A DNA stretch of 64,000 bases from Octopus sinensis. Its lineage: Eukaryota. Shown here piece after piece: positions 39,705-52,407 of this stretch. The notes beneath the pieces are model-generated. The model had not been told where the DNA came from and did no database searches. It saw only the letters and a list, made by a program, of their open reading frames with translations. The stretch's first letter is position 1. Each line of letters starts with the position of its first letter. A program made the translations under genes and the position numbers. The DNA is taken from the NCBI RefSeq assembly GCF_006345805.1, contig NC_043013.1:57970001-58034000 (forward strand), in the 5' to 3' direction.

Positions 39705-40290
39705 ATCGGAAACAATTCTTTGTGGCTGAAACCTAGCGGATCTATTTTTAGTGCTAGAGTCGACCACATAGTGGTTACTCTCTTATATTTATGTATAAAA
39801 TTTATTGTAATCCAGGTTTTATGCACTAAGCCACTTGGTGTTAAATGGATGTACTATTAAATTAGTATCCAATTTTCTCACCCTTATTAGTTGATTGCAA
39901 TTATACTACATTTAATTTTGGATGTAATATCTGTTTCCGTAAATTTTGGCGGGCTGTGGCAGGGGTACTTGAATTATAACATCGAATGCAATCGACTGAA
40001 CCGCACATGTGTTTATCGTTATGGTAAAATCTAGCGTGCGGTTGAGTAAATTGTATTCTGGACGGGTTCGGCTGAAGAGCTACAGATATGTTATGTGAGT
40101 AAAATTAGATAATTTAGTAATAGCGAAACAATTGTTCAGAACTAATCTGCATTTTTGTTATTTTTATTTGCCCTGTTCATTTGTGCTAGTAGTCGTGCTA
40201 AATTTCATCGGAAACAATTCTTTGTGGCTGAAACCTAGCGGATCTATTTTTAGTGCTAGAGTCGACCACATAGTGGTTACTCTCTTATAT
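39705..40290 (+). mobile_element. 502-bp-unit HHR-bearing element with 84-bp terminal direct repeats, flanked by (TA)n
   Basis: 39705-39788 equals 40207-40290. An HHR lies at 40065-40143, and there is no meaningful ORF. Confidence 0.75.
40065..40143 (+). ncRNA. type I hammerhead ribozyme, intact core
   Basis: GGTTCGG | CTGAAGA (40072-78) | GCTA...TAGC | GAAA (40125-28) | ACAATTGT palindrome | T (GUU) | CAGAACT. Stem I is 7 bp with one G-A mismatch. Confidence 0.75.
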
Positions 40291-40375
40291 ATATATATAT
40301 TGATAATAAGTAGCACGAAGAAACTGCGCATTCAGACTTAATATTTAATTATGGTTGTTTTATTTATAATAATTG

Positions 40376-40464
40376 ACAGACACATGTTTCGATCGCATTA
40401 ATTGTATATTATTGCATATTTATACGCAAAGATATGTGCATTATTATTACGATCTCTTCAGCGT
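40376..40464 (-). ncRNA. type I hammerhead ribozyme, intact core, weak stem I
   Basis: Minus strand: ACG | CTGAAGA (40461-55) | GATCGTA...TGCGATC | GAAA (40390-87) | ACA-TG-TGT | C (GUC, 40379) | TGT. Confidence 0.65.
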
Positions 40465-40544
40465 GTATAAGCATGATATTGTTCGCATGGGAATTCTCCT
40501 CCGTTATTACTTTGAATTGGGTTTGATGACGATCATCGATGAGC

Positions 40545-40720
40545 TGTTTTTCCCGACTGTTGTAAAAATCCAAATTCCCTCATAATTCAACCAAATTCAC
40601 TCACAAGGCTTTTGTCAGCCCAAAGCTATAGAAGGAGGCACTTACCCAAGCTGTCTCGCAGTCATACTGAACCCAAAACCATGTGGTTGCGAACCAGCCT
40701 TCTTACCCCACATCCATGCC
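40545..40720 (-). mobile_element. SINE family B fragment
   Basis: tcactcacaaggcttttgtcagcccaaagctatagaag...actgaacccaaaaccatgtggttg is the reverse complement of the family B head. Confidence 0.65.
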
Positions 40721-40918
40721 TACACCGCTCTTAATGATATTATTGTAACGAATATGGATATATAATTTACTTTGCGAATACTTTAGTAGTTATCCAACAA
40801 ATTGGGCTGAATAAGCTGTGGTGAGCAGCAGGGCCTGGGCTACGACTCAGAGTACGAACTTTGATAAAATATACTTGCGTGCGTATGCATATTTGAATGT
40901 GTCTGTGTCTTTAGCGTA

Positions 40919-41031
<113 letters not shown>

Positions 41032-42811
41032 TGGAGGAAATAAGAGCTATCAGTATAATGTCCTCAGATATTTCAAACAAAAGTGGAGTACATTTATTTA
41101 TATTGACTTACTGTTGTTGGATTTCTAACTTAATGAACATTCGCTTCCAATATTGAATGAACTCATTGAAAATAGCACGGAGTTGATGCGAGCAAGCGTG
41201 CTAAATGAAGCTAAGCTAATTATATCGTTGTTTGACATGATTCACTTAATAATCAGCTGCTGCGGATTTAAGCAATTTTGTGATAAATTCACTTAAACTG
41301 AGAAGCCGAGCTCTATTAAGTTGATTGGTTTATTTAAAAACGTTGCATCGATTAAAGTGTAATTGGCTTCACTGACGAGATGAAGTCACCGTTTGTTGAT
41401 TCTAAGCTATTTGTGGAGAAACTAGAATATAATAATTGGGTTGCATATCAAAACCATTTTCATAACTATTCCATGTTGTATTCATTTGTTTTGGTTACGT
41501 TTTTCTGGTGGCTTTTCTTTAAATAGTTTGTAAACTTCCTAAACATGTTTTCTTTTTCAACTTTATAACCAACATCTTTCTTTGGTTGCACCAGAGAACT
41601 GCATGGCTGGTGTACCACATCATTATTTACTCTTTTTACCGCATCAACTAGAAAATTTATTTCTCCGTTGACAGAATCACTGATTTTGTGCGTTTTCGAG
41701 TGTCTGGATATATTCGTGTGTGTATGCATTGTGCATGCGTTTGTACGCTTGTGTGTATTCATGTAAAGTCGTTGTCGCTCCAGACAAACTACTCTACGGT
41801 ATTTAGTTACAACTCTATATGTAGTTAGTTCATATTCTGCTTAGTTCAGAACTGATTCTCCTCCCGCCACAATTGACAAACTGGTCTAATATTGTAGTCG
41901 ATATTTAAAGGAATGATGGTCGACATTCTTCACCCGTACAATGTGCTTGGCATTAAAGCTGAATCAGTGTATTGCCCTCAGCCTGGGCTGAACGATGGCA
42001 GGATTTTCGTCGAATCCATTTTTGCATAATTTTTTCAAGATTAAATACTGTTAGATGAATACGAAGCTGAGTTGTCAATTAACTTTACTAAATTACTTTG
42101 TATTAACTTTATATATCAGCTAACAAAATATCCATTGGCGAAATCTCCGCCCTAGTTCTACTGCCTAGGTTTTCATTAATACAGCAAATCTCGACAGAAT
42201 TATAGATATTTCATTTTAGAAGTTACTTTCCAAGAATTACGGTCTGAAGGGTTGTGTTGAAGCTTTCTCTATTTTTTAATTCTAATTCTAAAACGCTTTT
42301 ATAATATTTCTCTGACATTTATTGATTTACAAGATGTATAGTCAATGACTTCCAGCCATGACCACTTTGTCAATGTCTGGATTTATCATATGTACTTTGT
42401 CCTTTGAATTTCAAATCGTTGGCATATAACTTGAAGGAGATACGTCTGCTTGTTCTAACAGGCACAAAATCTGCATTGTGCTTTCAGAAGGTTCATCATT
42501 TGATTCTAGTTTTGTTTATGGGGCAATGTTTCCTCTATGCACCACTGCCTGTTGATCAACGTTCGCACGAAAGTGTTTTCGCAACATTTTTTATACTTCG
42601 GGGGCCAAAAATGAAGCCTCATCAAGTTAATGCGAACTAGAAGGACTTCGGGTCAGATTTACCTCGACTCATGCCCTGTAGATTATAGGACCTTAAATAG
42701 TATGTTTCTGAAAAGTATAAAGAGAAAATATATGTGTATCTCTCTCTCTCTCACCCTCTTTCTCTCTCTCACTCTCTCTGTCTCTCAGCCCCTCTCTCAA
42801 CCCCCTCTCTC

Positions 42812-42870
<59 letters not shown>

Positions 42871-42929
42871 CATCATTATGATGATCTTCATCATTACCTC
42901 CATCATCATCGCCCATTTAGTGTCTGCTT

Positions 42930-43625
42930 TCCATGCTGGCACGGATTAGACGATTTGGCTGGAACTGATAACTTGGAGAGCTGCACCAAGTTCCAGTGTG
43001 ATCTAGAGTTGTTTCTATGGCTGGATGCCGTTCCTAACGCCAACCACTCCAAAGTTGTAATGGGAGATTGTTACATTCCACCGGCATGAGTGCTTTTATG
43101 TGCCACTGGAACGAGTACCAGTTACGCGACGCCGGAATAAGCCACAACTACGATTTCACTTGGCTTGATGAGTCTTCTCAAGCACAGCATATCGCCAAAG
43201 GTCTCGGTCACTTGTCCTCACCTCAGTGAGGCCCAACATTTGAAGGACGTGCTACTGGCAACGACCACGATTCCGATTTCACAAGTGTCATCCATACGAC
43301 ACTGTTATTAGCCACGACTGCAATTTCACTTGGCTTGACGAGTTTTGTCGAGCACAGCCTATTGTCAGAGATCTCGGTCACATGTCATAACCTTCATGAT
43401 GCCCAATGGTCAGAAATCAGGCTTCAACATCCCATCCCATGTCTGCTTGGATCTACCTCTTCCAAAAGTTCCTTCCAATTAGACATCGGCACTTCCCACA
43501 CGGCTGTCCTACCAACACACTGCTATTGAGCATTCAGCGAAGTGTAGTAGCTTCATTTCTCTCAAACTTCAGCGGTCACAGCCCATGTTTCACTGCCGTG
43601 TAGCATAGCTGTTTGCTTACGAGCA
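42930..43625 (-). mobile_element. RTE-derived 3' fragment with internal ~70-bp repeats
   Basis: 43450-43620 on the minus strand gives KFERNEATTLR*MLNSSV, resembling the RTE C-terminal RLERNE..MLRWM motif. The 3' UTR-like ggctggatgccgttcctaacgccaaccac follows, with an internal repeat at 43141-43214 / 43312-43385. Confidence 0.5.
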
Positions 43626-44744
43626 CCATACACTCTGCGCTCATTCAGAGGAAGAGGGTATATGTGTGTGAAAATGTATATATATATATGTGTGTATGTA
43701 TGTACAGACAAATAGATAGACAGAAAGGTGGATAGCTATGTGCGAAATGCATGTCTATTTGTGTGTCTATATGTGCGTAGATATGTATAGTTGTGTGCGT
43801 GTATGTATGTGTATATATTTCTATATATGGAAAGAAATATCGCCGGATGTCCTTCTTGCCACTCATCATTTCTGCATGAAGTAATGCCGAGACATTTCGG
43901 ACACAACGTTTATCATGTGCCGTATGGTTTTAAGCTTCCTCTATCGATGGCTTTATCAGTAATGCATATCATGTTTTAAACCCAAAATTTTAAAAAATGA
44001 TATTAGACTCCGTATCCCTCTAGAAACCTTTATCTTACTTTATTACAAGTGAAAATTTTATTCTGCGTTGGATTTTTGTGCATTTAGAACGACTGAACCA
44101 ATCAGAGATAGTTGTCTGTCTCGGCAGAGTAAGGTCATAGGTCATCTGACTGAGAGATTTAGAGAAACACAGACAGAGAAGAAGGAATAAACTGAAATGT
44201 GTGTGTGTGTGTGCACGCGTGTGTACGCGTGTGTACGCGTGTGTACGAGTGTGTAAAAAGTAGGAAACTCAAAGAGAGTAGAAAATAAATCATATTTTCA
44301 ATGTTTTTCTATTGAAATATTTTCCATTATCAAATAGTTTAGAATATTGAAATTAATTAATTTTTTAATCGTTTAATTTTTTCTAGTTTTAATTAAGCGC
44401 ACTGAGAGTTATTTCAGTGTAATCATTTCTTTGAACAATTTATAATAATTATTTGTCTAATTCTTTTGGTCAATTATGTTTTCTAACGATTTATTAAGTT
44501 CTTATTTGGAATAGTCAAAAAATGTTGGATGATAATTCTTAGCACAGAAGAACAATCTAGAAAGTGGGGAGTATGTATATTAGAATTGTACCAATGAAGA
44601 ATACTAACCATGTGGTGAATCAATAAAGGAGCTTGTGGCCAGAGATGGGACTTGCAAGAACTAGCAGATACTTCTCCCTCAGATCACATTTGACCGTCTA
44701 AAATAAAGAATAACATACAGGACCAATGTGGTCAGTGATAAAGC

Positions 44745-44791
<47 letters not shown>

Positions 44792-45599
44792 AAAAAGAAG
44801 CTCCGCACTGGTGACGGTTGTGACGGCAAAAAAAATACAGACATTCATCCTTTCACTTGTTACAATCATTGGCTGAGATACGAGCAAATACCATGGTGAC
44901 ATGTGACCTTTTGATCGTAGTGTGGTATTGTTTAAATTTGATCGTGGGGACGGTGATGATGACAATGACAAATCGCAGAGTATGTTAGAGCTGGTCTATT
45001 TGGCAAAGTAAATATTATGTCCCTTACATATAATGTTGGGCCCTTACGATATTCAACATCATTCAACATCGAAGAAGACAAAAGATATTCTACTTTACTG
45101 AAATTTCTATCGCCAATAGCAATGCATACTATTTATCTATTTATTTATTTAGAATTCTGAGCATGTTCCTTCTATCCATTTCTGTGGCTTCTGATATATC
45201 TTGGAAAAGAAGTAAGTAGATTCTGGAGATTTTTCGAAGAATTGTTTGAAGAAAAAATCTACCCGATGTATTAATCCGTTGTATTTAATTTTTTCAATAT
45301 GTTAGCATAAGCGAATTAGTTTAATTAGATACTGATAATAACCATAATCTAATGAGTGTTATTATATAGCTCTGAAGTACAGACACTAAATAACAAATGT
45401 GTGTGTGTGTGTGTGTGGTTACTCATTTAAGCAAGTAGTAATGTACAAGAAATAAATGAATTTGAAAATGCACAGAGAAATTATGAAGTTTATTTAAATT
45501 TTAAAATCTTTCTACGTTATTGATAACACCTGAAAGAGGAGATTTCTTTTGTATTCACCAAGGTGAATGGAATATTTCAGGCAGGAGGATTTGATGTCC

Positions 45600-45800
45600 T
45601 TAGACGTTACCCAAAGATCATCCGATTATCATCGACCCTGAACCGTAACATCTTTCTGTTCACTGATCAGCAAAAGTGGCCAAATCACTGTTCACCATCT
45701 CCTGGCTTCCAGCTTCACTCCTCCTTTTTACTCCATAACCAACAGAAGACTCTTTCTGCAGCCCCCGCCATCCTGCGCACAGCTAGCCTTTGCTCTTTTT
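45600..45800 (-). mobile_element. HERO-like non-LTR 3' end remnant
   Basis: The minus strand gives MAGAAERVFCWLWSKKEE*SWKP, resembling the HERO C-terminal AAERASxWLW motif (recalled, not searched). Confidence 0.4.
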
Positions 45801-46149
45801 TTTTCTTTTGACAATAGCTGTAAGACGTTTTTCATACCCACTGAGCAGGGAATCTCTTAAAGACAACCGCGACTTTGAACTGCCATATCTGACATTCTTC
45901 CGTGTGCATGTGTGAGTATGAAGACGCATGCGCATGCGCTAGATTAAACAAAGTAACAAAAGGTTAACTGACAGTGAAGTGAGCCGCATTCTCTCCATAA
46001 AAACAAACAATGTTTAGAACAACCTCCAGAAAAGATACAGTTTCAGACAGAGCTCCACATAACACACACACAGATATATATATATATTAAAATTTAATGT
46101 TTTCATCATGGAAATAAAGATCCTTATAAGTCCAAGGTGTGACAATGGA

Positions 46150-46460
46150 ATCAAGCAACTAACAACATCCAGTAAAGGGTTTTATGCGTGATCTTAGAGT
46201 GACAACCACATCACATGTGATGGCGGTATGGGTGCTGAAGACGTCACTTGAACACATGACAACATGGTTTGGAATGGAGTTTAAGCCCAAGAAATCTCGG
46301 AGAAGTGTGACGCAAATTAACGAACACAATGAAGCTGCGAATGCAACGTGAGGCTGTCCCAATAATATAAAGGAAATTGAATGAGATGCCTTTGGAAGAG
46401 TTTGTCAAATGACTCTGTGTTTGATACAATGTTATCATTACTGAGAAGCAAGCGGGAGAG
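46150..46460 (+). mobile_element. HERO-like RT remnant
   Basis: SKGFMRDLRVTTTSHVMAVWVLKTSLEHMTTWFGMEFKPKKSR resembles the HERO RT pattern AFMDDLTVTTTS...RWIL..LE...WARM.FKP.KSR. Confidence 0.5.
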
Positions 46461-47299
46461 TGAGAGAGGAGGATTGAAAGATCAGGACTTGCAAGAAATT
46501 ACAAGGCATGGCTCTAACACAGACGTTTCAAAAAGAAGTAGAAGCTGCGAAGAGAATGGCTCTGGAATAAAGAAAGCCCAGAGAAACTTTAAGAAGGACA
46601 CAAACCTCGGTCATAAAGCATGATGTCGCTACATTGGAAATATGTGAATGGCTCCTAAAATGAAAAAAAAATGTACATGCAGTGTAAACAGTAGCTGCTG
46701 AGTAGCGGTTTTTTCCTTTGAGATGGCACAGAAAGTTGAAAGGCAGCTGACTTGCCTCAATTAGACATTGAGTTTGAGAAACACGTACCTGCACTCAAGA
46801 CCACTTCTAACAACAAAAGACCCAGGATAACCACCTGACACCTTTACATATGTCGGAGTTGTTGCTACTACCGGCACCTGCTCTTTATAGAGCAAATAGT
46901 GCTCCACCCATCAAGGGGTAAAAAAAAGATCCTGTAGTTCTGCTTCACAAATAATGCAGCGCTCATCCATAATGTTAAGGAGACGGCGACGATTTTCTCA
47001 GAGCATAACTTAATAGAACTAACTTTTATAAAGCTGAATTATAATAAAGCTGATTAAAACGGTATTGAGGAAGAGGACACGGAAGAAAACCTGACTGCCA
47101 GTCTCTACACAAGCTATTGACATAAAACTGCAGCACTTTAAGATAATCATGCTTCATATAAGCAGTAAGTTTACTCCAGAGAGAATGCCAAACCAAGAGT
47201 AAAATATAATTCCCAGGGATGGGAGGATTATAATGAAACGACGAAAAAAATCACAAACCCTCAAAATGGAGTACTAAAGGATAATAAACGATCCTATCT

Positions 47300-48900
47300 C
47301 AAACATTACTCGATATCGAAAAGGGGGAGGCATAGGAAGAAGCCAGCGCTGTCAAAAATTTGAACACAAAACTTAGGGTTAGATTTGCAAAAGTGTTTGT
47401 TTCAGTACGGTTTGCGGAAAATGGTTCACCGCATGCAGACCGCCATAGGACAAGTGAAATAGGTAGAATCTTCTCTACAAGAATAACTATGCTGAATGAG
47501 GTCTTTCGGCACCACAGCACTACACAAAGGATTGGCAATTATTGATAACATCGAAATAGAGTAAATAGATATAATATGAGCCACGGATGAAATGAGCTCG
47601 ATCTCAGCCACAGGCCCCGATGGATTCCCAGCAATCCTCCTAAATAACTGCAAAGGATCTCTATCAAGACCACTACAAATCCTCTGACAGAGCTTCCTCA
47701 CAACTGGAAGACTTCCCAGAAAGTTAAAGGAAGTCATAATATGTTCTCTCCATAAGGGAGGAGGTAGCAGAGCGATAGCTAAAAGTTATCGACTTGTCTC
47801 TCCGACCTCCCATGTCATGAATCGCTCCAACGTTGATGTGATATATCTTGATTTTGCAAAGGCCTTTCAAGTAATGATATGTCACAAGATACAGGGACGA
47901 GGCACTGTCGGGAGAGTGGTTACGCGATCTCTTAAGAGACCGAATCCAGATTTTGGCAGCCAATACAGTCCTCACCAAGGAGACAATAATAGAGAGTGTG
48001 GTACATGAAAATATCTTGTGGGCACTGCTGTTTTTGGTGGCTTTTTCAGAGATACTATCAGTTACACAGACAGCCACACTTACTAGCTATGCTGACGACA
48101 CAAAAATAACGCAAGCACTCGAGGAACCTTTCAATGCTAATCTTGACAGAAAGATCAAGATATCATACATTAATGGGTTGAAGAAAACAATATGCATTTT
48201 AATGCAGGGAAATTCTAAGCTCTCCGCTATCAGTTAACTAGTGCTCATATACCGCAACAAGGATAGTTTGGATCAAAAGGAGTGTCAATCTCAGAGTACA
48301 GTGATTGATCTGGAGATTGATAGGAGAAATAACGCCTAATTTCACGTACACATCACCAAGAGGGTAACGATGAGCAGGCTAATGGCTGGATGGACCCTGA
48401 GAACCTTCAGGATAAGGGTCCAGAGAACCTTCAGGATAAGGATATGTTGGTTCTGTCGAGAACATTTCTACTCAACCATCGGGTCTACTGCTCTTAACTG
48501 CAGTTACCCAACAGGGAAACTTGAGGCAGTTCAACGGTGCTACACAAGGAAGATATTGCATCAATGGAACAGCTGAGCGACTGGGAAAAAGTGAATGGGC
48601 TACGATTCTACTCCCTAGAGTGAAGACGCGAAGGATACGTAGTGATATACGTATGGAACATCCTGGCGGGGCTAACATCAAGAGCTATTCTAGCCCCCAA
48701 ACTGGACACCATTGCACTCTTCCTAAGGTACTAGGTATTCTCGTCTAGAGCGAGGGTCATGAACTGCAGTAACAGGGGATTAAAGGGTCCACAGCTATTT
48801 AATGCTTTGCGAAAACATCTAAGGGGGCTTCGTGGAGTGGGGATACTTGTTTTTAAGAAACAACTTGATCTCCAAGCGTCTATGTTCCCAGATGAAACTA
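47300..48900 (+). mobile_element. decayed CR1/Jockey-group LINE RT
   Basis: SATGPDGFPAILLNNCK; NVDVIYLDFAKAF; SYADDTKI; GKLEAVQRCYTRKI, with many stops, frameshifts and deletions. Confidence 0.8.
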
Positions 48901-48989
48901 TATAAAGATAAGAATCTCAAAAAGGGGATTAGTGTGGAATTCCTTCTTCACAAAATCAATCCTTCATATATATATATATATATATATAT

Positions 48990-49368
48990 GCGAACCTCCC
49001 TCAGATGGCTCTAAGTTTCAACATGGATACTTTAAACATATTAACAATAAATTCAACCCACACCACATCAACTATAGACAATATGACCAGCCTCGGAATA
49101 TGCCCACAGATGCACTTTACACCCAATTTCTCCACACCAAACCGAATACAATACAGATTTCCCCCAACAATCCACCTAGTACAAACATTTTTAGACCTAA
49201 ATCAAAGAAACGGAGATGTAAAGTGGAACAAAACATACATAAACAACCGAAAATAACCTATCAAAGAAAATCTTAACTAGTACAGAAACTCACATTTTAG
49301 CAAGGGGCTTGACGTTTACACCAATCCCTTGCAGATCGAACCCGTACGAAGTCAATGGTAACAGTCTA
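48990..49368 (+). pseudogene. PLE ORF N-terminal fragment (repeated at 51384-51761)
   Basis: NNLSKKILTSTETHILARGLTFTPIP matches the PLE N-terminal motif INLS...LT..E..LL.KGL.F.PTP. Confidence 0.65.
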
Positions 49369-50015
49369 GAATGTTGTAAGTATTACAACAGATTTAAGAT
49401 GCTGAGTACTCATCAGCCAATTATAGAGGTTTTCCATTAATACAAAAATTTTCATATCAAGTGGCAACATTATAGAGAAGGTAGATATACAGACAAAGAT
49501 ATGGATTTAAATTTTAAGAACATTTTCGGTAGTGAGGTCCTTCCACTGACTGACTAAGATATGGTTGTTCCTAACTGCTGTAAGGTTAGAAGCAATAAAG
49601 ATTGTTTAATTGTAGAAATGGGGTAAAGGAGGTTTCAGGACTCCATAAAAGGAATTCATGTTGAAGACAGCAATTGCCACTAATAAATGCCAATTACAGC
49701 TATTTGATGAGAGAAACTAGGTCAATGTCAAATAGTCCTAATCCCATTCACAGAGAGTGTAATTTAGTGAAAAAAAGGGAAAAAAACTTATCACTTATTA
49801 TTATGATTAGGCATAGTATTTTTTAACTGGGGGAAAGCCTTATTAATTTTAAAGCTAGATTAAATTTAGAAAAGAATTCCAATTTCAAGTTTGCAGTGAA
49901 GTTTTTTTAGTCATCTATGAATGTTAAATTGAAAGCTAGTATAGTATAGTATATTTCTTCTTATTTGATTATAAAGAATTAAAATTTGAAAAATATAGGA
50001 ATACTCACAGAATTA

Positions 50016-50579
50016 TTAGTATTTAAACGTTCGGTTTGTGCAATGTATACAAGATGCTCCCAATTCCAGACGGTTATTCAACAGATTTGTATTACTCTGA
50101 TGTTTTAAAATTTCATAAGTTTCCATAGAACAAAGTTGACAACCATCCCTACTATTTCTATAAGGTTGCGCCCTTCTAACTATATCCCATTTTAGGTTGA
50201 ATTCTATATTATTTGTTTTTAGTTCCCAAATTTTGCTAGATAGTGTTGTGCAACCTGCTTTATGTTTGAGCCCAAAAGAGAAAAAATGATTGTTAAGACG
50301 TCTTTTAAGATCCACCGAACATCCGAAATAAAGAAAGCTATTGCTAGAAGTTATTATCGTGCATTTATAAATGACGTTTTGGACCGAACAACGACCAGAT
50401 ACCGGACATTTTGATCTAATCCTACAATTACAACTGGGGGGATTGTGTCCGGTACTGGAATTATTTAAGGACAGTTCACTTACATTACTGTTATTTACAC
50501 TCTCTGTGAATGGGATTAGGACCATTTGACATTGACCTAGTTTCATCAAATAGCTGTAATTGGCATTTATTAGTGGCAA
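50016..50579 (-). CDS. Naiad-type Penelope GIY-YIG endonuclease domain (5'-truncated; the first ~28 aa come from the inverted repeat)
   Basis: CNCR..SKCPVSGRC..NVIYKC....YFGCS..LKRRLNNH...TTLSSKIWELK...WDIVRRAQPY...CQLC..E..EI...LLNNRLEL..SCIH: a GIY-YIG domain with the Naiad Cys cluster, open for 187 codons. Confidence 0.85.
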   Translation of the reverse strand: MPLINANYSYLMKLGQCQMVLIPFTESVNNSNVSELSLNNSSTGHNPPSCNCRIRSKCPVSGRCSVQNVIYKCTIITSSNSFLYFGCSVDLKRRLNNHFFSFGLKHKAGCTTLSSKIWELKTNNIEFNLKWDIVRRAQPYRNSRDGCQLCSMETYEILKHQSNTNLLNNRLELGASCIHCTNRTFKY

Positions 50580-50799
50580 TTGCTGTCTTCAAAATGTATT
50601 CCTTTTCTACAATTAAAAAATCTTTATTGCTTCTAACCTTACAGCAGTTAGGAACAACCATATCTTAGTCAGTCAGTGGAAGGACTTCACTAACTTATAT
50701 GTTCTTAAAATTTAAATCCATATCTTTGTCTGTATATCTACCTTCTCTATAATGTTGCCACTTGATATGAACATTTTTGTATTAATGGAAAACCTCTAT

Positions 50800-50890
50800 A
50801 ATTGGCTGATGAGTACTCGGCATCTTAAATCTGTTGTAATACTTACAACATTCAATAGAATGTTGTAGTACGAAACGATCGTACCAAATT
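50800..50890 (+). ncRNA. type I hammerhead ribozyme, intact core, in the inverted terminal repeat
   Basis: AATTGG | CTGATGA (50806-12) | GTACT...[ACAACATTC-AATA-GAATGTTGT]AGTAC | GAAA (50872-75) | ACGATCGT palindrome | A (GUA, 50883) | CCAA-a-TT. Confidence 0.85.
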
Positions 50891-51194
50891 ACCGGAGTCA
50901 TTCTTGTTGCTTATTTTGATTATAATCACCCCACGGATTCTTATGGATAACACCATACTAAATTCTGGTGCATCTAAATTTAGTACCATATTCATTTGAA
51001 TCTAAATTTTTGTTGAATTATATATGGTGTCCTGTACTCATACATATATATATGCATGTATATATACATGTAGATGTAGGTACGTACATATATGTATGTA
51101 TGTATGCATATATTTTATTTATTAAATTATTATATGACTGAGCGCCCTGGTGTCTTTTCGTTTCTTTTCTCCAAGTAGGTTTATATATATATTT

Positions 51195-51231
<37 letters not shown>

Positions 51232-52407
51232 TATATTTAGGTACACATATATATATACAAAATATACGTATGCATATTAATATGAATTTTATAAATATAC
51301 GTATATATGTATACAAATGTGTGTATATATATATGTATAATTGTGTGCTTGTGCTCTGTATATATATATATATATATATATATGCGAACCTCCCTCAGAT
51401 GGCTCTAAGTTTCAACATGGATACTTTAAACATATTAACAATAAATTCAACCCACACCACATCACTATAGACAATATGACCAGCCTCGGAATATGCCCAC
51501 AGATGCACTTTACACCCAATTTCTCCACACCAAACCGAATACAATACAGATTTCCCCCAACAATCCACCTAGTACAAACATTTTTAGACCTAAATCAAAG
51601 AAACGGAGATGTAAAGTGGAACAAAACATACATAAACAACCGAAAATAACCTATCAAAGAAAATCTTAACTAGTACAGAAACTCACATTTTAGCAAGGGG
51701 CTTGACGTTTACACCAATCCCTTGCAGATCGAACCCGTACGAAGTCAATGGTAACAGTCTAGAATGTTGTAAGTATTACAACAGATTTAAGATGCTGAGT
51801 ACTCATCAGCCAATTATAGAGGTTTTCCATTAATACAAAAATTTTCATATCAAGTGGCAACATTATAGAGAAGGTAGATATACAGACAAAGATATGGATT
51901 TAAATTTTAAGAACATTTTCGGTAGTGAGGTCCTTCCACTGACTGACTAAGATATGGTTGTTCCTAACTGCTGTAAGGTTAGAAGCAATAAAGATTGTTT
52001 AATTGTAGAAATGGGGTAAAGGAGGTTTCAGGACTCCATAAAAGGAATTCATGTTGAAGACAGCAATTGCCACTAATAAATGCCAATTACAGCTATTTGA
52101 TGAGAGAAACTAGGTCAATGTCAAATAGTCCTAATCCCATTCACAGAGAGTGTAATTTAGTGAAAAAAAGGGAAAAAACTTATCACTTATTATTATGAGT
52201 AGGCATAGTATTTTTTAACTGGGGGAAAGCCTTATTAATTTTAAAGCTAGATTAATTTTAGAAAAGAATTCCAATTTCAAGTTTGCAGTGAAGTTTTTTT
52301 AGTCATCTATGAATGTTAAATTGAAAGCTAGTATAGTATAGTATATTTCTTCTTATTTGATTATAAAGAATTAAAATTTGAAAAATATAGGAATACTCAC
52401 AGAATTA

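Noticed and set aside
49770-50015. SECIS element or selenocysteine recoding in the Naiad copies
   Set aside because: The EN ORF has no in-frame TGA, and the ATGA...AAA in the 3' UTR has no matching GA quartet or stem.
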